From: Neodothiora populina
Lineage: Eukaryota
Assembly: GCF_041146345.1 (NCBI RefSeq)
Contig: NW_027191404.1
Location: 434,001-498,000 of the forward strand
Direction: 5' to 3'
DNA: 64,000 nt
Part shown: in pieces, positions 1 through 13,612 of the stretch
How the letters are laid out: each line of letters begins with the position of its first letter
Numbering within the stretch: the stretch's first letter is position 1
Program-made: the position numbers and the translations under genes
Notes under the pieces: generated by a model
What the model saw: the letters and a program-made list of their open reading frames with translations, nothing else
Database searches by the model: none
What the model was told of the DNA's origin: nothing

Positions 1-878
1 GAGGAGTTCGCCGCCACCGAGGGCCTCACCTGGAAAGAGTGCATCAAGCCTGGCATCCGAGGACGCTTCGCACAGGCAGTCGGTATCATGGTCTGCCAGC
101 AGTTCAGTGGCACCAACAGCATTGGATACTGTAAGCCATTACACTACTCCAGTCCGTTCATCACGTGAATTCTGCTAATCACTGTCATCGATCAGATGCG
201 CCCCAAATCTTCGAGTCCATCGGTATCTCGAGCGCAGACTCATCTCTTTTCGCCACCGGTATCTACGGTACCGTCAAGGTCATCGCCACCGGTATCTTCC
301 TCGTCGTCGGTATCGAAAAGCTCGGTCGCAAAATCCCACTTCTGGCCGGTGCTGGATGGATGGCTGCCATGATGTTCATCATCGGTGCACTCCTGACCTC
401 CTATCCTCCCGACCCAGACTCGACCACCGTCTCTTCTGCCTCCATCGCCATGGCCGTCATGATCTACCTCTACGTCATCGGCTACTCTGCATCCTGGGGT
501 CCAGTGCCATGGGTATACGTATCAGAGATCTTCCCGACTCGCCTGCGCGCCTATGGAGTCGGCACCGCCTCGGCAACGCAATGGCTCTTCAACTTCGTCG
601 TGACGAAATTCACCCCCGCGGCCATCAGCAACATCGGATGGAAGACGTTTATCATGTTCGGCATCTTCTGCGCCGCCAACGGCTTCTTCGTCTTCTTCTT
701 CATGAAGGAGACCAAGGGCCTCAAGCTCGAGGATATAGACATCTTGTTCGGAGCAGTAGATGCGGAACAGAGACGGCGAGACGTCGAGGCTACGCTTGCC
801 GAGGAAAAGGGCGTCGCTCACAAGATGGCTGTTGAACGTGTAGAGCATGCTGAGCATATCACTGAAGTGCCCAAGTAA
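1..878 (+). CDS. MFS sugar porter (quinate-permease-like), 5'-truncated by the window; intron 131-195
   Basis: QQFSGTNSIGYYAPQIF after splicing (GTAAGC...GCTAAT...CAG); WGPVPWVYVSEIFPTRLR and KETKG sugar-porter motifs; multiple TM helices. Confidence 0.9.
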
Positions 879-1362
879 GAGGGATTGTGCTGGTTCACAT
901 TAGTGCCCAGAGGCACTGTCTTTTACGATTGATTCCAGAAACTTATGTATTGCGTTTCGATGACGAGAACGTTTTTAGCTATTATTGTTCATGATATGAA
1001 ACGTTACGACTTGTTACACTTTGTTTTGCAATCCGAAATGTACAGGTCATCAAGTGAAATGTTGAAGCGTTGGCTCCATACATGCCCTAGTTTGCAGCTG
1101 TTCACCTGTAGCCATCGAAGCTTGACATGAAAGGACAGGGTCGCCCATTTATCAGCATGAAATATTGGCAGCACTGCCTATTTGAAACGAAAGACAAGTC
1201 CTGTTCTGGCCAAAGCTCATACTCTCTGTGATGTAAACATATCTGTAGGTTACTACCAGTCCACCTCTCACCTACATTCCCAACTCTTTCTGCCTATATA
1301 ACCCCAGCCCATTTACAACTTCTCCACATCAACGTCCCCTCCCAACCCACCACAGCACACCC

Positions 1363-2435
1363 TCACCCACCGAGAAACTGCGCGATAAGCGCGGCCGTCC
1401 CGTTATTAACCCTGAATCCAGGATGCAACCAATTGAGCCAGAAATACCTATCGACACTAACCCCACACTCCTCGATGAACGTATACATCTCAATATCCGC
1501 ATCATCGACATACGCCTGACAATAAGCTGTGTTGTTAGCTAGATCGCACGTCTGCGGCAAGCTACAGGGGTCGGCCAGGATCTGCGCAAACGCGGCATTG
1601 GTGTCGAAGAGGAACATTGTGGCGTCGGGATAGCTCGACGATAGATCCGTGGCCAGCGCGGACAGCCGCGAGTTGTAGTCTGCTATCATGCTTGCTTCAA
1701 GGGATTGGTTCGTGGCGCCTACAGTTCCGGGGGAGCGATCGATCGGCGGCACGTTCATGAGGAGGAAGTTGCGCGCGCCGGTGGAGTAGAGGTCGTCGAT
1801 GAGGCTGGCGTAGACGCTGAAGATTTCGGATTCCAGAGTCGATCTGCTGCTGGTGTCGTTGTTGAATGTGTAGTAGGTCCTGTCGATGTCGTTTATGCCT
1901 ATGAAGACGCCGAAAAGGGTGTTGGAGGATTGCCAGGGGAGGAAGGATGGCGAGGAGGAGTAGACTGGTAGGTATTCTTCTTGGACTTGTTGAATGAAGG
2001 ATAGTACTGTGGGCAGGTAAGGTGTCACGAGTGCGGTATCCACTGTTGCTCCCCCGTAGGCCAAGTTCACAGTCTCGATGAACGATTCGTTGTATGTTGT
2101 TGTAAGGAAGTCTACCCAGTTTGGGCCATTTGAGGCGGTCGCACCTGGGTAGTCTGGATTGCCCAGAGGGTTACTGGGATTTGGCTGAGCAAGTGAGATG
2201 TTGAAGCCGGTTTGAGTGTAGCTGTCGCCACTGAAGTATTGATCAAGTCAGCATCAGCATGCTTACCTCGCTTATCGTGTCCTTTGGAGTCTTACAAGAT
2301 GAACATGTACTCGATGCCTGCCCAACCTGGATAGACTTTCTCGTCCCGCTCCCATGGTCTCGGCTGCCATGGTATGGCTAAGGCGGCCGAGGTCATGGCT
2401 ACGACCGTCAAGACGATAGCATATGGCCATTGCAT
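1363..2435 (-). CDS. Secreted SGNH/GDSL acetylesterase (CE16-like); intron 2231-2295
   Basis: Signal peptide MQWPYAIVLTVVAMTSAALA; FGDSYT block I formed across the intron; NLAYGGAT, FIGIND and WLNWLHP blocks. Confidence 0.88.
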
Positions 2436-3601
2436 CTTGGGAAAGCAAAGGAGATGACGCACAGAGGCAGTATATCAACTCGCGACAAAGTTGAGACTGG
2501 TCCGAACAGATACAGGTGTTACTCTGGAGGGGAGGTTTGAAAACAAGTGTCGATCGAAGAAACACAACGGATCTCTACTTACCTAAAAGAGAACATACCT
2601 CTGAAACGTAACTCAAGTATGGCTAAAATGACGGGACGATCTATCGACATTTCGGACTGTCAATACAAACCGCATGGCTACATGCACGTCTGAAAGATGC
2701 ATAGGCATATTCTCCGTCACCATAGCAGAGCTCGACAAGAGATGTATTCGACGTTCAGCACGATTCTTCCTCGGCAGCGTAATATATAGTGACCCCGCTG
2801 TTACTTGCACGGTGAAGTTACATTTGATGAGGAGAAAGCATGCATGACGCCGTGCCATGTGGTACTGCACCATGTCGTAGGCAGGTTCGTAGCTCATCTG
2901 GGAACCCATTCAAAGTCTATCCAGCAGGACGACCCCTCCTTGTGCCGAATGCATGTATGCATGGCCTATAGCGCAGATGCTGCGTGGCAGCTAGACATGA
3001 TCCTCGAATTGACAAGGCTCGATAGCTCGAGATCCATAGCACATGGCGGTCGCCTTGGCCCGTCAAGAATCAATACTTATTATCTTCTTGCATTGTTGTT
3101 GGAAACACTGATAACTTCTTATGTCTGACTGGCCGGTCAGGGGAGGTTGTACCGTTAGCTTACCTGAGCTGAGAACCCTGGCTGGTCGGCTGGAGCTTGA
3201 GTCATGTAATTGCAGTCAGCCTGCCGTCACTTGTCGACAGCACTATACCTTACCTCCATCGGGTATTGGTACCTCTACTATGTGTGCTTTTGTGATGACC
3301 CTCAGCAATGGCTCACCACCGCTGAGACATAACATCTGCAGATAGCAGAGACCTTTCAGGTACATCGAAGCATCAAATTCCTTTCGAAGCCTTCCGAGGC
3401 CTCCTTACTGATTGTTATTCGGAAGTGTTCGGAAAAGGCAATGTCATCATAAAGTATATTAGACGACTCCGGATATATGCATTCGAGGTAGGAAAGTCAG
3501 CCAAAAGGACCGCATGTTCGCCTTTAGCTCAGATCAATATCTTATAGCCACTCAATCTTCCTCTTTCATACTACGAACTCTTGGTCATTGACGCCGCAAG
3601 T

Positions 3602-4691
3602 ATGTCTGGCCGTTTATTCTTTCTCGACATTGGACAACACCATGGCCCTCCCCCCAGAGGGCGCATCCTCTCGGCAAACGATGACGGCACAGATCTGAAA
3701 GTCCTCGTAGACAATATCAAGACTGCTCCGGATGGACTTGCAATTGATTCGGACCGTAAGCACATCTGGTGGACAAACATGGGAAACGAGGTGACTATAA
3801 CGTAAAAGCTCAAATTCAGATGCTCAAATGTACTGACAGAACTCGACAAGATCGCCAAAGATGGCAGTAGCTATGCTCACGATGGCTTCATTCAACGCTG
3901 CGACATTGACGGTAACAATGTGCAGAGCATCATTCCTAATGGTGTGACGCATACGCCAAAGCAGTGCATCATTGCTCCCAAGAGCAAGAAGCTCTATTGG
4001 TGCGATCGCGAGGGTATGCGCGTTATGCGAGCGAACCTGGATGGAAGCAATGTCGAGGTCTTGATCGTTTCGGGTGAAACGGAGGCAGACATGAGAGATC
4101 CCCGGAACTGGTGTGTTGGTGTTGCTGTAGACGAAACCAACAAGCATTTGTTCTGGTCTCAGAAAGGTAGAGGGGGCTACTGTGATATTGCTTATCTTGA
4201 TACTTACGTTGGCAGGACCATCCAAAGGTAATAAGGGTCGCATCTTCCGCGCTGGGCTTGACGTACCTGAAGGTCAAGACCCTTCTTCAAGGAAAGATGT
4301 AGAGACTCTCTTCGACAACCTGCCAGAGCCGATAGATCTCGAGTTCGTCGAAGAGCAGGGGTTGCTCTATTGGACAGATAGGGGTAAGGTAGTTCTCTGG
4401 TCAATGCGTCCCTTTGCTAACGAGGACATAGGTTCCGAAGACCAGGGAGGAAACTCTGTCAACCGCGCTTCGATCGGACCAAAGGCCAGCTCGGCCTCGT
4501 TGACAAGAACCATCCTCGTGGAGCAGCTACATGAAGGCATCGGCATTACTCTTGATCTGAAGAGGAAACGCATGTTCTTCGGCGACCTTGAAGGATCTCT
4601 CTATGTGTCTGACCTGGATGGAAAGAACGAGAGAATTCTTCTGCAAGGCATGGGCAGTACTACTGGTATTGCTTATGTTGAAGAAATCTAA
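3602..4691 (+). CDS. YWTD (LDL-receptor class B) beta-propeller protein, no signal peptide; introns 3791-3850, 4167-4215, 4384-4431
   Basis: PDGLAID..IWWTNMG, LYWCDREG, LFWSQKG, PEPIDL..LYWTDRG and MFFGDL repeats; GT-AG introns join three ORF fragments in frame. Confidence 0.85.
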
Positions 4692-5203
4692 TGAGGTACA
4701 CGTCTCTACCTGGATCGTGACTTCACAGCTGTCATCTTGTATGGATACGGCAAACCACGAAGGCGTAGCTCAAATAATGTATGACAAATTTAGCAACACT
4801 ATTATTTGAGAAAAGTTCAAGTCGGTGATGCATGGTCAAATCACACCTGACTTACGAAGACAACAGATTCTGAGTAAAAGTAACGTGTTCTCCAACTACG
4901 TCCTCCAGCACGAAAAGAGTGGTCCCATTATTGACCCTTTACTTTCGCTCCGCGCTTGCATCTGCTTCCTCTTCACACTCTTTGAGCTTGACACTCTTGG
5001 TTGAAGCCACGCAGCCATATTCACCTGCCTGCCTGCCTACTTCGCTGCACCTCTTTTGAGCTGGGCACTATTTATCATGATATCACAGCAATTTGAGTTT
5101 GCCTACCAATCTCTACCTCGCCTATCTTCTCTGGTACCAGTGTAACTAGCTTCACTTTGAGATGTCGTAGCAAGATAGAGGAGTTCTGCATCTTGAGGGC
5201 AAC

Positions 5204-6260
5204 ATGTCGTCCGGAAACAACACCCAAGAAGCTTTCAAGACTGAGGATATTGCAGAATCCAACGCTCCTCCTTCACCAACGTCTTCTTTCATACAAGATC
5301 TGATAGCTAAGACAGACATGATCGCAGAGGTCTCAGGACTAATCACAATGTACTTGCAGACTGGCGATAGAGCCTGTCTTAAGGGGGCACGTAAAGTCCA
5401 GCAAATCGCCGGCCCTGATTTGGGACTCCAGTCTCCGCTGAAAAGTCCTTACTTGGTTAAACTTGCCCGGGGAGACCTGCTGGAAAGGACACACTGCGAA
5501 CAAGCTGTTTTGGAGCTCAATGTAATGTATGACTGCGCTCTGAGGCATCCTGTCAGCTGACATCTTCTGTTTGCAGGACTTAGCCCCAGACCTGGATAAA
5601 TTCAACATTACAGTGGGAGAGATTCAGGAAATCTCCCAAGGCCTTTTCAAGGCCAACACTAGCTTGGAGTATCGCTACCTCAAGGTCTTTATCATGACTT
5701 TTATAACCGTTCACCTCCGACCTGGTCCCTGCCAGATCATCCCACCTGATGTCGTTGAGGTCATCAGCCACTACACCGAGCCCGAAGACTTTGATCTCGC
5801 TAAAGCAGCTGCTGAATTGCATGCGCACCTCCGCCGTATTGGCCCTATGTATTTGATTGCAATGCCCTGGGTCGAGAAGTTGATGGCCATTCTCCGTCGC
5901 GCGCCTGCTCAGGGGAACATCGAACAGGACTTGGGCACAATGTGGATTGAGCATGGTGACCGTCTTACTCCTAATTCTGATATATCCACGGTAGAGTTTA
6001 TTCACAGCCTCAACGTGGTTCAGATGGTCAACCTAATCTCGAAGGCTGATGGGAGCGAGCGTGATCCAGCCAGCAGCCTGGAGTACCTTGCTGATGTCGT
6101 CAAACAGCTCGGCAAAACATTGAAGGATAAAGATGGGGATGAAGATATGGAAGAAGATGATGATAACAATGAGATTGGAGATCTTGAGGCCGAATTGAAG
6201 GCTTTGAAGGTAGAGACGAAGGCCCTGGAGGAAGAGAGTAAGACTTTGATTGACGGATGA
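5204..6260 (+). CDS. Hypothetical helical protein with acidic/coiled-coil C-terminus; intron 5522-5576
   Basis: Two ORFs joined in phase 0 by GTAATG...GCTGAC...TTGCAG; no recognised domain. Confidence 0.6.
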
Positions 6261-6855
6261 GCTTCATCCTTCGGACGATAAGGAGGTCTTGTAGGGCGGC
6301 AAAGACAGAAACACAGGCACTGGAAATGCATCAACTATCGCTACTCAGGCGATAAGATGGGCTGAAGTGGAGGGTATGGACGATCAGAATACTCGGGCAT
6401 ATGGTCTGCATGATGCACATCAGATCAGATATGATTAGAATACGACATCGTCATTGTCTTAGGTGCAGAGCAAGGGATCAACACAGAGCTCTTCCATTCG
6501 AAGCAGAAATTCAACATCCGACCATACCTTACCTAGGTAGGCATTACAGTGGACTTATGCCGTACCACTCCCAAGATGTCGGCTGGAATCTGGTAGCCCC
6601 ATTCCCATCCGGTCGCACCTTCTCCATGTATCATAGAAAGTACGTACTACAATAGGTAATCTTCATGTGACAGGGTATTTCTATGATAGATTTTGCCTTG
6701 AAACAAGAGACATGCCAACGATTACCACACACATCACATAACACATTACTACCGCAGATACGTAGACTTGCTACCACACTCACTTCCAGAGAGCATATCA
6801 TCTTCACAATCATATCCTCCATCGCAGATCCAGATACAGGCCACCATCGGCAAAG

Positions 6856-7440
6856 ATGAACGAAGACGATGACTCTGGCTACTTCCCTGACGATGGTCCC
6901 ATCCCCGTGTTGCATCTGCAAGTTCGCCCCGCGATACGTCCACAGCTGCTTGAAGAGATTGACGCATCACGCCTAGTTCGGGAGATGTTCAACAGACCCC
7001 GCATGTTTATCTGCTTGGTCTTTGATCCAGAGACGCAGGCTTCCAAGGTTGTGCAGTCGTTCATTGTGGATCTGTATCATCGTGTTGTTTTACAAGACGT
7101 GTTTCATGCTAAGTACGCAAGGCATCTTGATTGGATGCCGCAAGTCACCTTTGCACTAGCAAATACATTCAACAGGCGAGGAAGCATCTACCGTCAAGGG
7201 AAAGTCACCGTCCATCTACCTAGCGATCAGAACTCCGTGACGGCGCCACGTGTGAAATTCACACAAATCGATTGGACGTTGTCCGATTACCACGAGGAAT
7301 TTGCTGCAACTCAAATCTTTCAGGATCGATTATCGGCCGAACTCAGCGCACATTTCAGGAATAGATCAAGGAAGATTTACACTCATGACCTTGCCAAAAC
7401 AATGTGGGCTGTTGCAGAAGAATACCAGCGCGACTTTTAG
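6856..7440 (+). CDS. Hypothetical protein (194 aa); the frame stays open to 7668 after an internal TAG
   Basis: ATG-initiated ORF with globular composition; 75 further sense codons follow the TAG at 7438-7440. Confidence 0.45.
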   Translation: MNEDDDSGYFPDDGPIPVLHLQVRPAIRPQLLEEIDASRLVREMFNRPRMFICLVFDPETQASKVVQSFIVDLYHRVVLQDVFHAKYARHLDWMPQVTFALANTFNRRGSIYRQGKVTVHLPSDQNSVTAPRVKFTQIDWTLSDYHEEFAATQIFQDRLSAELSAHFRNRSRKIYTHDLAKTMWAVAEEYQRDF

Positions 7441-7733
7441 AAACGGAACCACGCCTTCAAAGATCTCACTCGAAGAGCAGAGACAAACTTGTTGTCTATC
7501 GGGGATTTTGTGACAGCGGAGACCGAACCCGAGTACATCGATGACACCGAAGCAAGCCGCTCTTTACCCAAACGCAAGTGGTATAATTTCATTGGACGAT
7601 ACGGCAGAAAGCCACGCAACGATACGACCCAGCCTCTATACCAGCCGCTCATACGCCATCGCTCATGATATAATTCGAAGTTCAACGGATGATACGAGTC
7701 CTGCTCTCGTCATCATATTCGGTCTCACCACAT

Positions 7734-8350
7734 TCATTTTTGTTCAGAGCGACCGCTCTCGAGATAGTTGACAAAGTTCCGCGAGAAGCGCTCAACCTGC
7801 TCGTAAGCAATCTCGAAGCCGTTCCTACCTCCATAGTAAGGATCATCAACTTCTTCGGGCTTCTTGTGACCTCCCCAAGCACCAAACAGCATGACCTTGC
7901 CCGCCTCTTCATCGGTCAAGTCTCCCTTTTTGATGACATTTCTCCTTGCATAGTCAAGGGAGTCTTTGTTGTCGAAATCCATGGCGAAGATGTAATCGAA
8001 CTTTGCAAAGTCGGAGTTCTGGAACTTGCGGGCCTTGTGGGCGTAGAACTTTGGAGTGATACCATGATCGGAAAGTACGGACATGGTGCGAGGATCAGGG
8101 GCGTCGCCGACGTGGTAGGCGCCCGTGCCGCAAGAATCAATTTCTTTCACTAGAGGGTGGGCATTGGGACGAGTATGGTTGGTCATGTGCCGGAAGACTC
8201 CTTCGGCCATAGGCGAACGGCCTTGTAATGTTGTTAGACTCGTTGGACTGCGTAGTAATTTCACGTTGTTTCCGCGCGCGTACAGATATTGCCTAGACAC
8301 ACGAACAAGACCGAGATCGGCTTCCGTTCGTTTGTAGCTGAGTCGGCCAT
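7734..8350 (-). CDS. LTP1: Low-molecular-weight protein tyrosine phosphatase; intron 8222-8283
   Basis: P-loop VCLGNICRS formed across the intron; IDSCGTGAYH and DDPYYGG motifs. Confidence 0.95.
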
Positions 8351-9541
8351 GTTCAGATAAAGACGGCTGGAATCAAATTGATTGAACAAGGACAGTACAC
8401 AGTAGAAGTGGCTTATGCGGTCTGCTAGTGAGAGAAGCGCTGAAGAGGCACATGGTGGATAAATCTGGTATGACGTCGGAAGACCGGGCAAGACGCCCGT
8501 TGCTAAGGGACTAAGGGACTAATACTTGTAGATCGGGTGCGATGGATCTTATCAGGCGGTCCGACGATAACCTGAATCTGCTGATCGAAGTTTACATCGA
8601 GTGTCTACCTTGGCTTGACGAGCCCAGCTTTCGGTAAGAAAACCGGGTGTGAGAGTTCTAAATTAAGAACAAACCGCGCGGTCGCGCCTCTCGTCCGCTC
8701 GGTGAGGATTGTGGCAGTGACAGGGCCGACCATGGTTCAGTACGGTACAAGCTATGCGCATCGGAGGAGGCAAAAAGAAGATGTTCGCCAAGGTCGTATG
8801 GAGAGTGTGACCGGCAACGATGCCCCGGTCGCATTAATATTGGAGTGTTATTAAAACTGACTCTATCGCGAGAGAGGGAAATCCTGGTAAGGTGGGATTG
8901 AGGGGTGTGCATTGCGTGTGTCTGCACGGATACTTGTATTAATGCGATGATGTCGGCGGCCAAAACAACAATAACAGAGCACAAGCATCTGTGCCTTGTC
9001 GCGCTGATCTGCCGCCCGCTGCGCATGCGGGCTGTGCCTCGAACTGTAGTGGCTAGTGTCTACGAAGTTAGTCGGTAGTAAGAGGAGGACGAGGAGGAGT
9101 AGAGTAGTAGTAGTGGTAGTGGAGAGAAACTGCTACAGCAACGCCTGATTAGTCCAAATAAGTCTGACTTGCAGCTTGCGCTTGTCATCTGTATCTTTGT
9201 CCCATTGATCATTCTGCACTCTCTTGTAGTCACATCTCTGTACGCGCTCTTAGCTACTGCACACATTGTTCGGCATCGCGCTTCGCCATAGGGTCTCAGT
9301 TGCGCTGAAACTCCCCCTCGATTTTGCTGTAAACAAACCCCTCAAAACGGCGCCGAAATCTACCTGAAACACAACTCGCATCGCATCTTCGGTCATCAAA
9401 ACTTCAGGCCGGATTCTGGTTCTCTTTAGGATTACAGTCGTTATAACCTGCTGAAAAAGTCAAGTGATCTGGTATACTGAAAGCAGATAAAAGAAAAAGT
9501 CAGACAAGCATATTGCACTGTGGTGCGATAGATCTGCGGCC

Positions 9542-12500
9542 ATGTCGTACAACCGCCTGGATGGAGGTAAGCTCATAACATTCCCGAAAACCATGTATCA
9601 GCCGCTTTACAAAGGGGACCTGGCACGTCGCAGGAGATGCACGCTCCCATGTACACTCTCGATTGCATTCCTGGCCCAGCCTTGTGCTCTGCGCACATGA
9701 TCAAGAGTTCCTTCCCTTGGCCGAGCAGCTTGTCATTTTGCCCAACGTAGCTATCGGCGAATGATGCTGTGCCGTCTTCTTCCTACAAAAGTTGTGAATC
9801 TATACTAACCGCGACCTCGCACTCACACAGGTGGATACGGAGAGCAATCGCCTGAACGAGAGAACCCATATGCGCGACACGCCAGTCCGTTCATGGATCC
9901 GCATCTCCCTGTTGGACGCACGCCGTCGCCCGGTCATCCTCTCGACTCGTATGAGCTCCATGATGCGCCCTACCACGAGCCGATAGAGATGCCCATGGGT
10001 CCAGGACCCGGTCCCGGAACTCCTGGAGACAGACTACGGCCTCAGCCTACTGTAAGTGGGCAACAAGCAGGGGAGGACAACCGGGTGCTGACAGACACAG
10101 TTTGCTGTCCAGAACATGGAGCACAACTACAGCTATCACGGATCCGAGTCAGCCCTCTCATATCAGGGCAATCCGACATCATTTCCCGCGCATCCGAACG
10201 ACGACTATGCAATCTCTCCGCAAGATCATCATGATGCTTACTACACTGAGCCGTATCAACCTTCTGTGACGCCCTATTCAGATCAGGATGGCCATGACCC
10301 GATGGAACACGAGGCAAATCCGCCTCACTACTGGCAAGACGATGTAGACACTCGCCCGATACTGCAGCAAGACAGCGCCTATGGACCTGATCCCCACAAC
10401 ATACCAACACCGGTCGACGAAGATATGCATGACATGGAGGAAGGATACCACTCACCACCTCCCCCTGCTGGTGGCGCTGGAGGTATACGCAGGTGGAAGA
10501 CGGTCAAGGAAGTGCAACTCTTCAACGGAAACCTTGTACTGGATTGCCCAGTGCCTCCTCGCCTGCTCAACCAGGTCCAGCACGCCCAGCCGCCTGAGCG
10601 AGACGAATTCACCCACATGCGCTATTCAGCGGCGACTTGCGATCCCTCAGAGTTCTATGACGAGCGCTTCACTCTGCGCCAACGCTTGTTCGCCAAACCC
10701 CGCCACACCGAGCTCTTCATCGTCGTCACCATGTACAACGAAGAAGATGAGCTCTTTGCCCGCACAATGATGGGCGTGATCAAAAACATCGAGTACATGA
10801 ACTCGCGCACCAGTAGCAAGACGTGGGGCAAGGAGGCTTGGAAGAAGATTGTCGTCTGTGTCGTCAGTGACGGTCGTGCCAAGATCAACCCACGCACAAG
10901 AGCCGTGTTGGCTGGTATGGGTGTGTATCAGGACGGCATCGCCAAGCAGCAGGTCAACGGGAAAGATGTGACTGCACATATCTACGAAGTAAGTCGCAAC
11001 GACCACGTTTAGCGCGACAATCACTGACATGGACAGTACACCACACAAATGACCCTTGACATAAAGAAGGGTGTCGTGCAGGTCAAGAAGGGCAACACTC
11101 CGGTGCAGATGCTGTTCTGTCTCAAGGAGAAGAACCAGAAGAAGATCAACTCACACCGATGGTTCTTCCAGGCCTTTGGAGCAGTCTTGGATCCGAACAT
11201 CTGCGTTCTCATCGATGCCGGAACCAAGCCCGGAAAGGACTCGATTTATCAGCTCTGGAAAGCCTTCGACCTCGAGCCCATGTGCGCTGGCGCCTGTGGT
11301 GAGATCAAAGCCATGCTGAACCACGGAAAAACACTCATCAACCCACTCGTCGCTGCGCAAAACTTTGAATACAAAATGAGCAACATTCTGGACAAACCGC
11401 TCGAGTCTGCATTCGGCTTCATCAGTGTGCTTCCTGGTGCCTTTTCCGCATATCGCTATGTGGCGCTGCAAAATGACAAGACCGGCCAGGGTCCGTTGGA
11501 GAAGTACTTTGCAGGCGAGAAGATGCACGGCGCCAACGCTGGTATCTTCACCGCCAACATGTACCTTGCTGAAGATCGTATCCTCTGTTTCGAACTCGTG
11601 TCGAAGAGAAATTGCTCTTGGATCCTACAGTATGTCAAGTCTGCCACTGGCGAAACCGATGTTCCTACCGAAATGGCCGATTTTATCCTGCAGAGGAGAC
11701 GTTGGCTGAATGGCAGTTTCTTCGCTGCCGTCTATGCCCTCGCGCATTTCTACGAGATCTTCAGGAGTGGACATTCGTTCATCAGAAACTTCATGTTCCT
11801 CATCGAGTTCTTCTACCAAACCGTCAATATGATCTTCGCTTGGTTCGCAATTGTAAGTAAAGTGGACATCAATTGTTTGTGCAATGCTAATTTATGCTTG
11901 TCTGCAGGGCAACTTCTTCTTGGTTTTCCGCATCTTGACTACTTCGTTATCTGATCCTTCTCTGAACTTCGCCCCGGGCAAGGCTTTGGGTGTCGTCTTC
12001 GAATGGCTCTACCTTGCGACTCTGGTCACCTGTTTTGTCCTCGCTCTCGGCAATCGTCCACAAGGGTCGAACAAGTTTTACCTAACGCAAGTCTACTTTT
12101 GGGCAATCCTGATGGCTTATCTCATGTTCGCCACAATCTTCATCACCGTCAAATCCGTACAGGCCGAAGTCAAGGAAAAGGGCTTCACCTTCAGCGATCT
12201 CTTCACGAACACGCTGTTCTTGACGTTGATTGTGTCGATGGCTTCGACATACATACTGTACTTTGTTGTCTCCTTCATGTTCTTGGACCCATGGCATATG
12301 TTCACCTCTTTCTTCCAATATCTTCTCCTCACGCCTACATACATCAACATTCTCAATGTGTACGCCTTCTGTAACACGCACGACATTACCTGGGGTACCA
12401 AGGGAGATGACAAGCCAGAGAAACTGCCTGCGGCCATCACAAAAGCAGATGGTAAAGTCGACGTCGCCATTCCCACCGATGACCACGACCTCAACACTCA

Positions 12501-12846
12501 ATACGAGACGGAGCTCGCTACGTTTTCCACCAAGTACGAGGTGCCGGTCAAAGCCATGTCGCCGCAGGAGAAACACGAGGACTATTACAAGGGTTTCAGA
12601 TCCGCGGTTGTGCTCGCATGGATGTTCTGCAATCTGGCGCTCGCAGCCGTCGTGCTTAACACTGGAGGCCTAGACCGCGTGCAGATTGGCAAGAAGACCG
12701 ACACCGATACGTCCAGCGAGGAAGAGCAAACGCAACGATCGACAATCTACATGGCTGTTGTGTTATGGTCAGTCGCAGGTCTCAGTGCCTTTAGATTCAT
12801 CGGCGCCTGTTGGTTCTTGGTCGTCAGAGTGTTCAGAGGTGTTTAA
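9542..12846 (+). CDS. chs1: Chitin synthase, division 1 (class I-like); introns 9567-9830, 10052-10100, 10989-11036, 11853-11907
   Basis: MSYNRL start; TMYNE, DGRAKIN, DAGTKP, LAEDRIL, QRRRW and WGTKG motifs; C-terminal TM helices. Confidence 0.95.
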
Positions 12847-13612
12847 AGTTTGTTTTTCTCTGGGTTGCTTTCTTTTTCTTTTCGATGACTTTCCTCATGC
12901 AGCTTATGACGTCGGTCTGGATGGGGATTTATGAACTGATATGAGAGGCATGGGATGTTGTGTGCATTGAGAATGGGGTTTATTACATTCATATGACGCC
13001 ATGAGAAAGAGAGACTTCAGCGAACACGGCAATGGAGACTTTAGATACCTACATGCCACACCAATATATGTGTGGGCTGGAATATCATGAATGCGAATGA
13101 ACTTTTACTTCATCTACTAAGGTACGAATCATCTGTTCCTCATGGTGTGCTTGTAAATCCAGTGTTGTGAGAGTGAAGTATCTGAGTGTTAGCCATCAAT
13201 GATCACTTTGTCCAGCGACCACTACGAATACATCCTCACTTATCATCAATGAACTTGTAAGCATCAACGTAGTGTGCAAATAACAGCATTCAATTCACTT
13301 CTAGGACTCTGACCGTCTGCAGCGCCGAGAATCGAGATCAGGTACAGCCTACATCTCCAAAGGACGAATTCTCGCGCCTTCCTCTTGTGTTCTGAGCTAG
13401 GCAGCCGTTCGCGCTTCACTTACACGTCTGGGTTCCTGCCCTCACTTCCTTCTATCTTTTACAAATAGTCCACCTTTCGGGACGACTCTTCTTCCTTTCT
13501 ATTACGACACGGTCCGGTTTTACTTAGCTGCGCTGTTGTTGCTGACGACGTATTTGCTCGACTCCATTGATCTTCGTTGTTGTTGTTGTTGCTTACGACG
13601 ATCAACTGAAAG

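Noticed and set aside
1420..1445. Missing catalytic Asp (WLNWLHP instead of DxxH) suggesting a dead esterase
   Set aside because: Lack of this Asp is usual in fungal CE16 acetylesterases
8503..8522. (CTAAGGGA)2.5 repeat upstream of LTP1
   Set aside because: Too short to interpret; not a telomeric or CRISPR repeat
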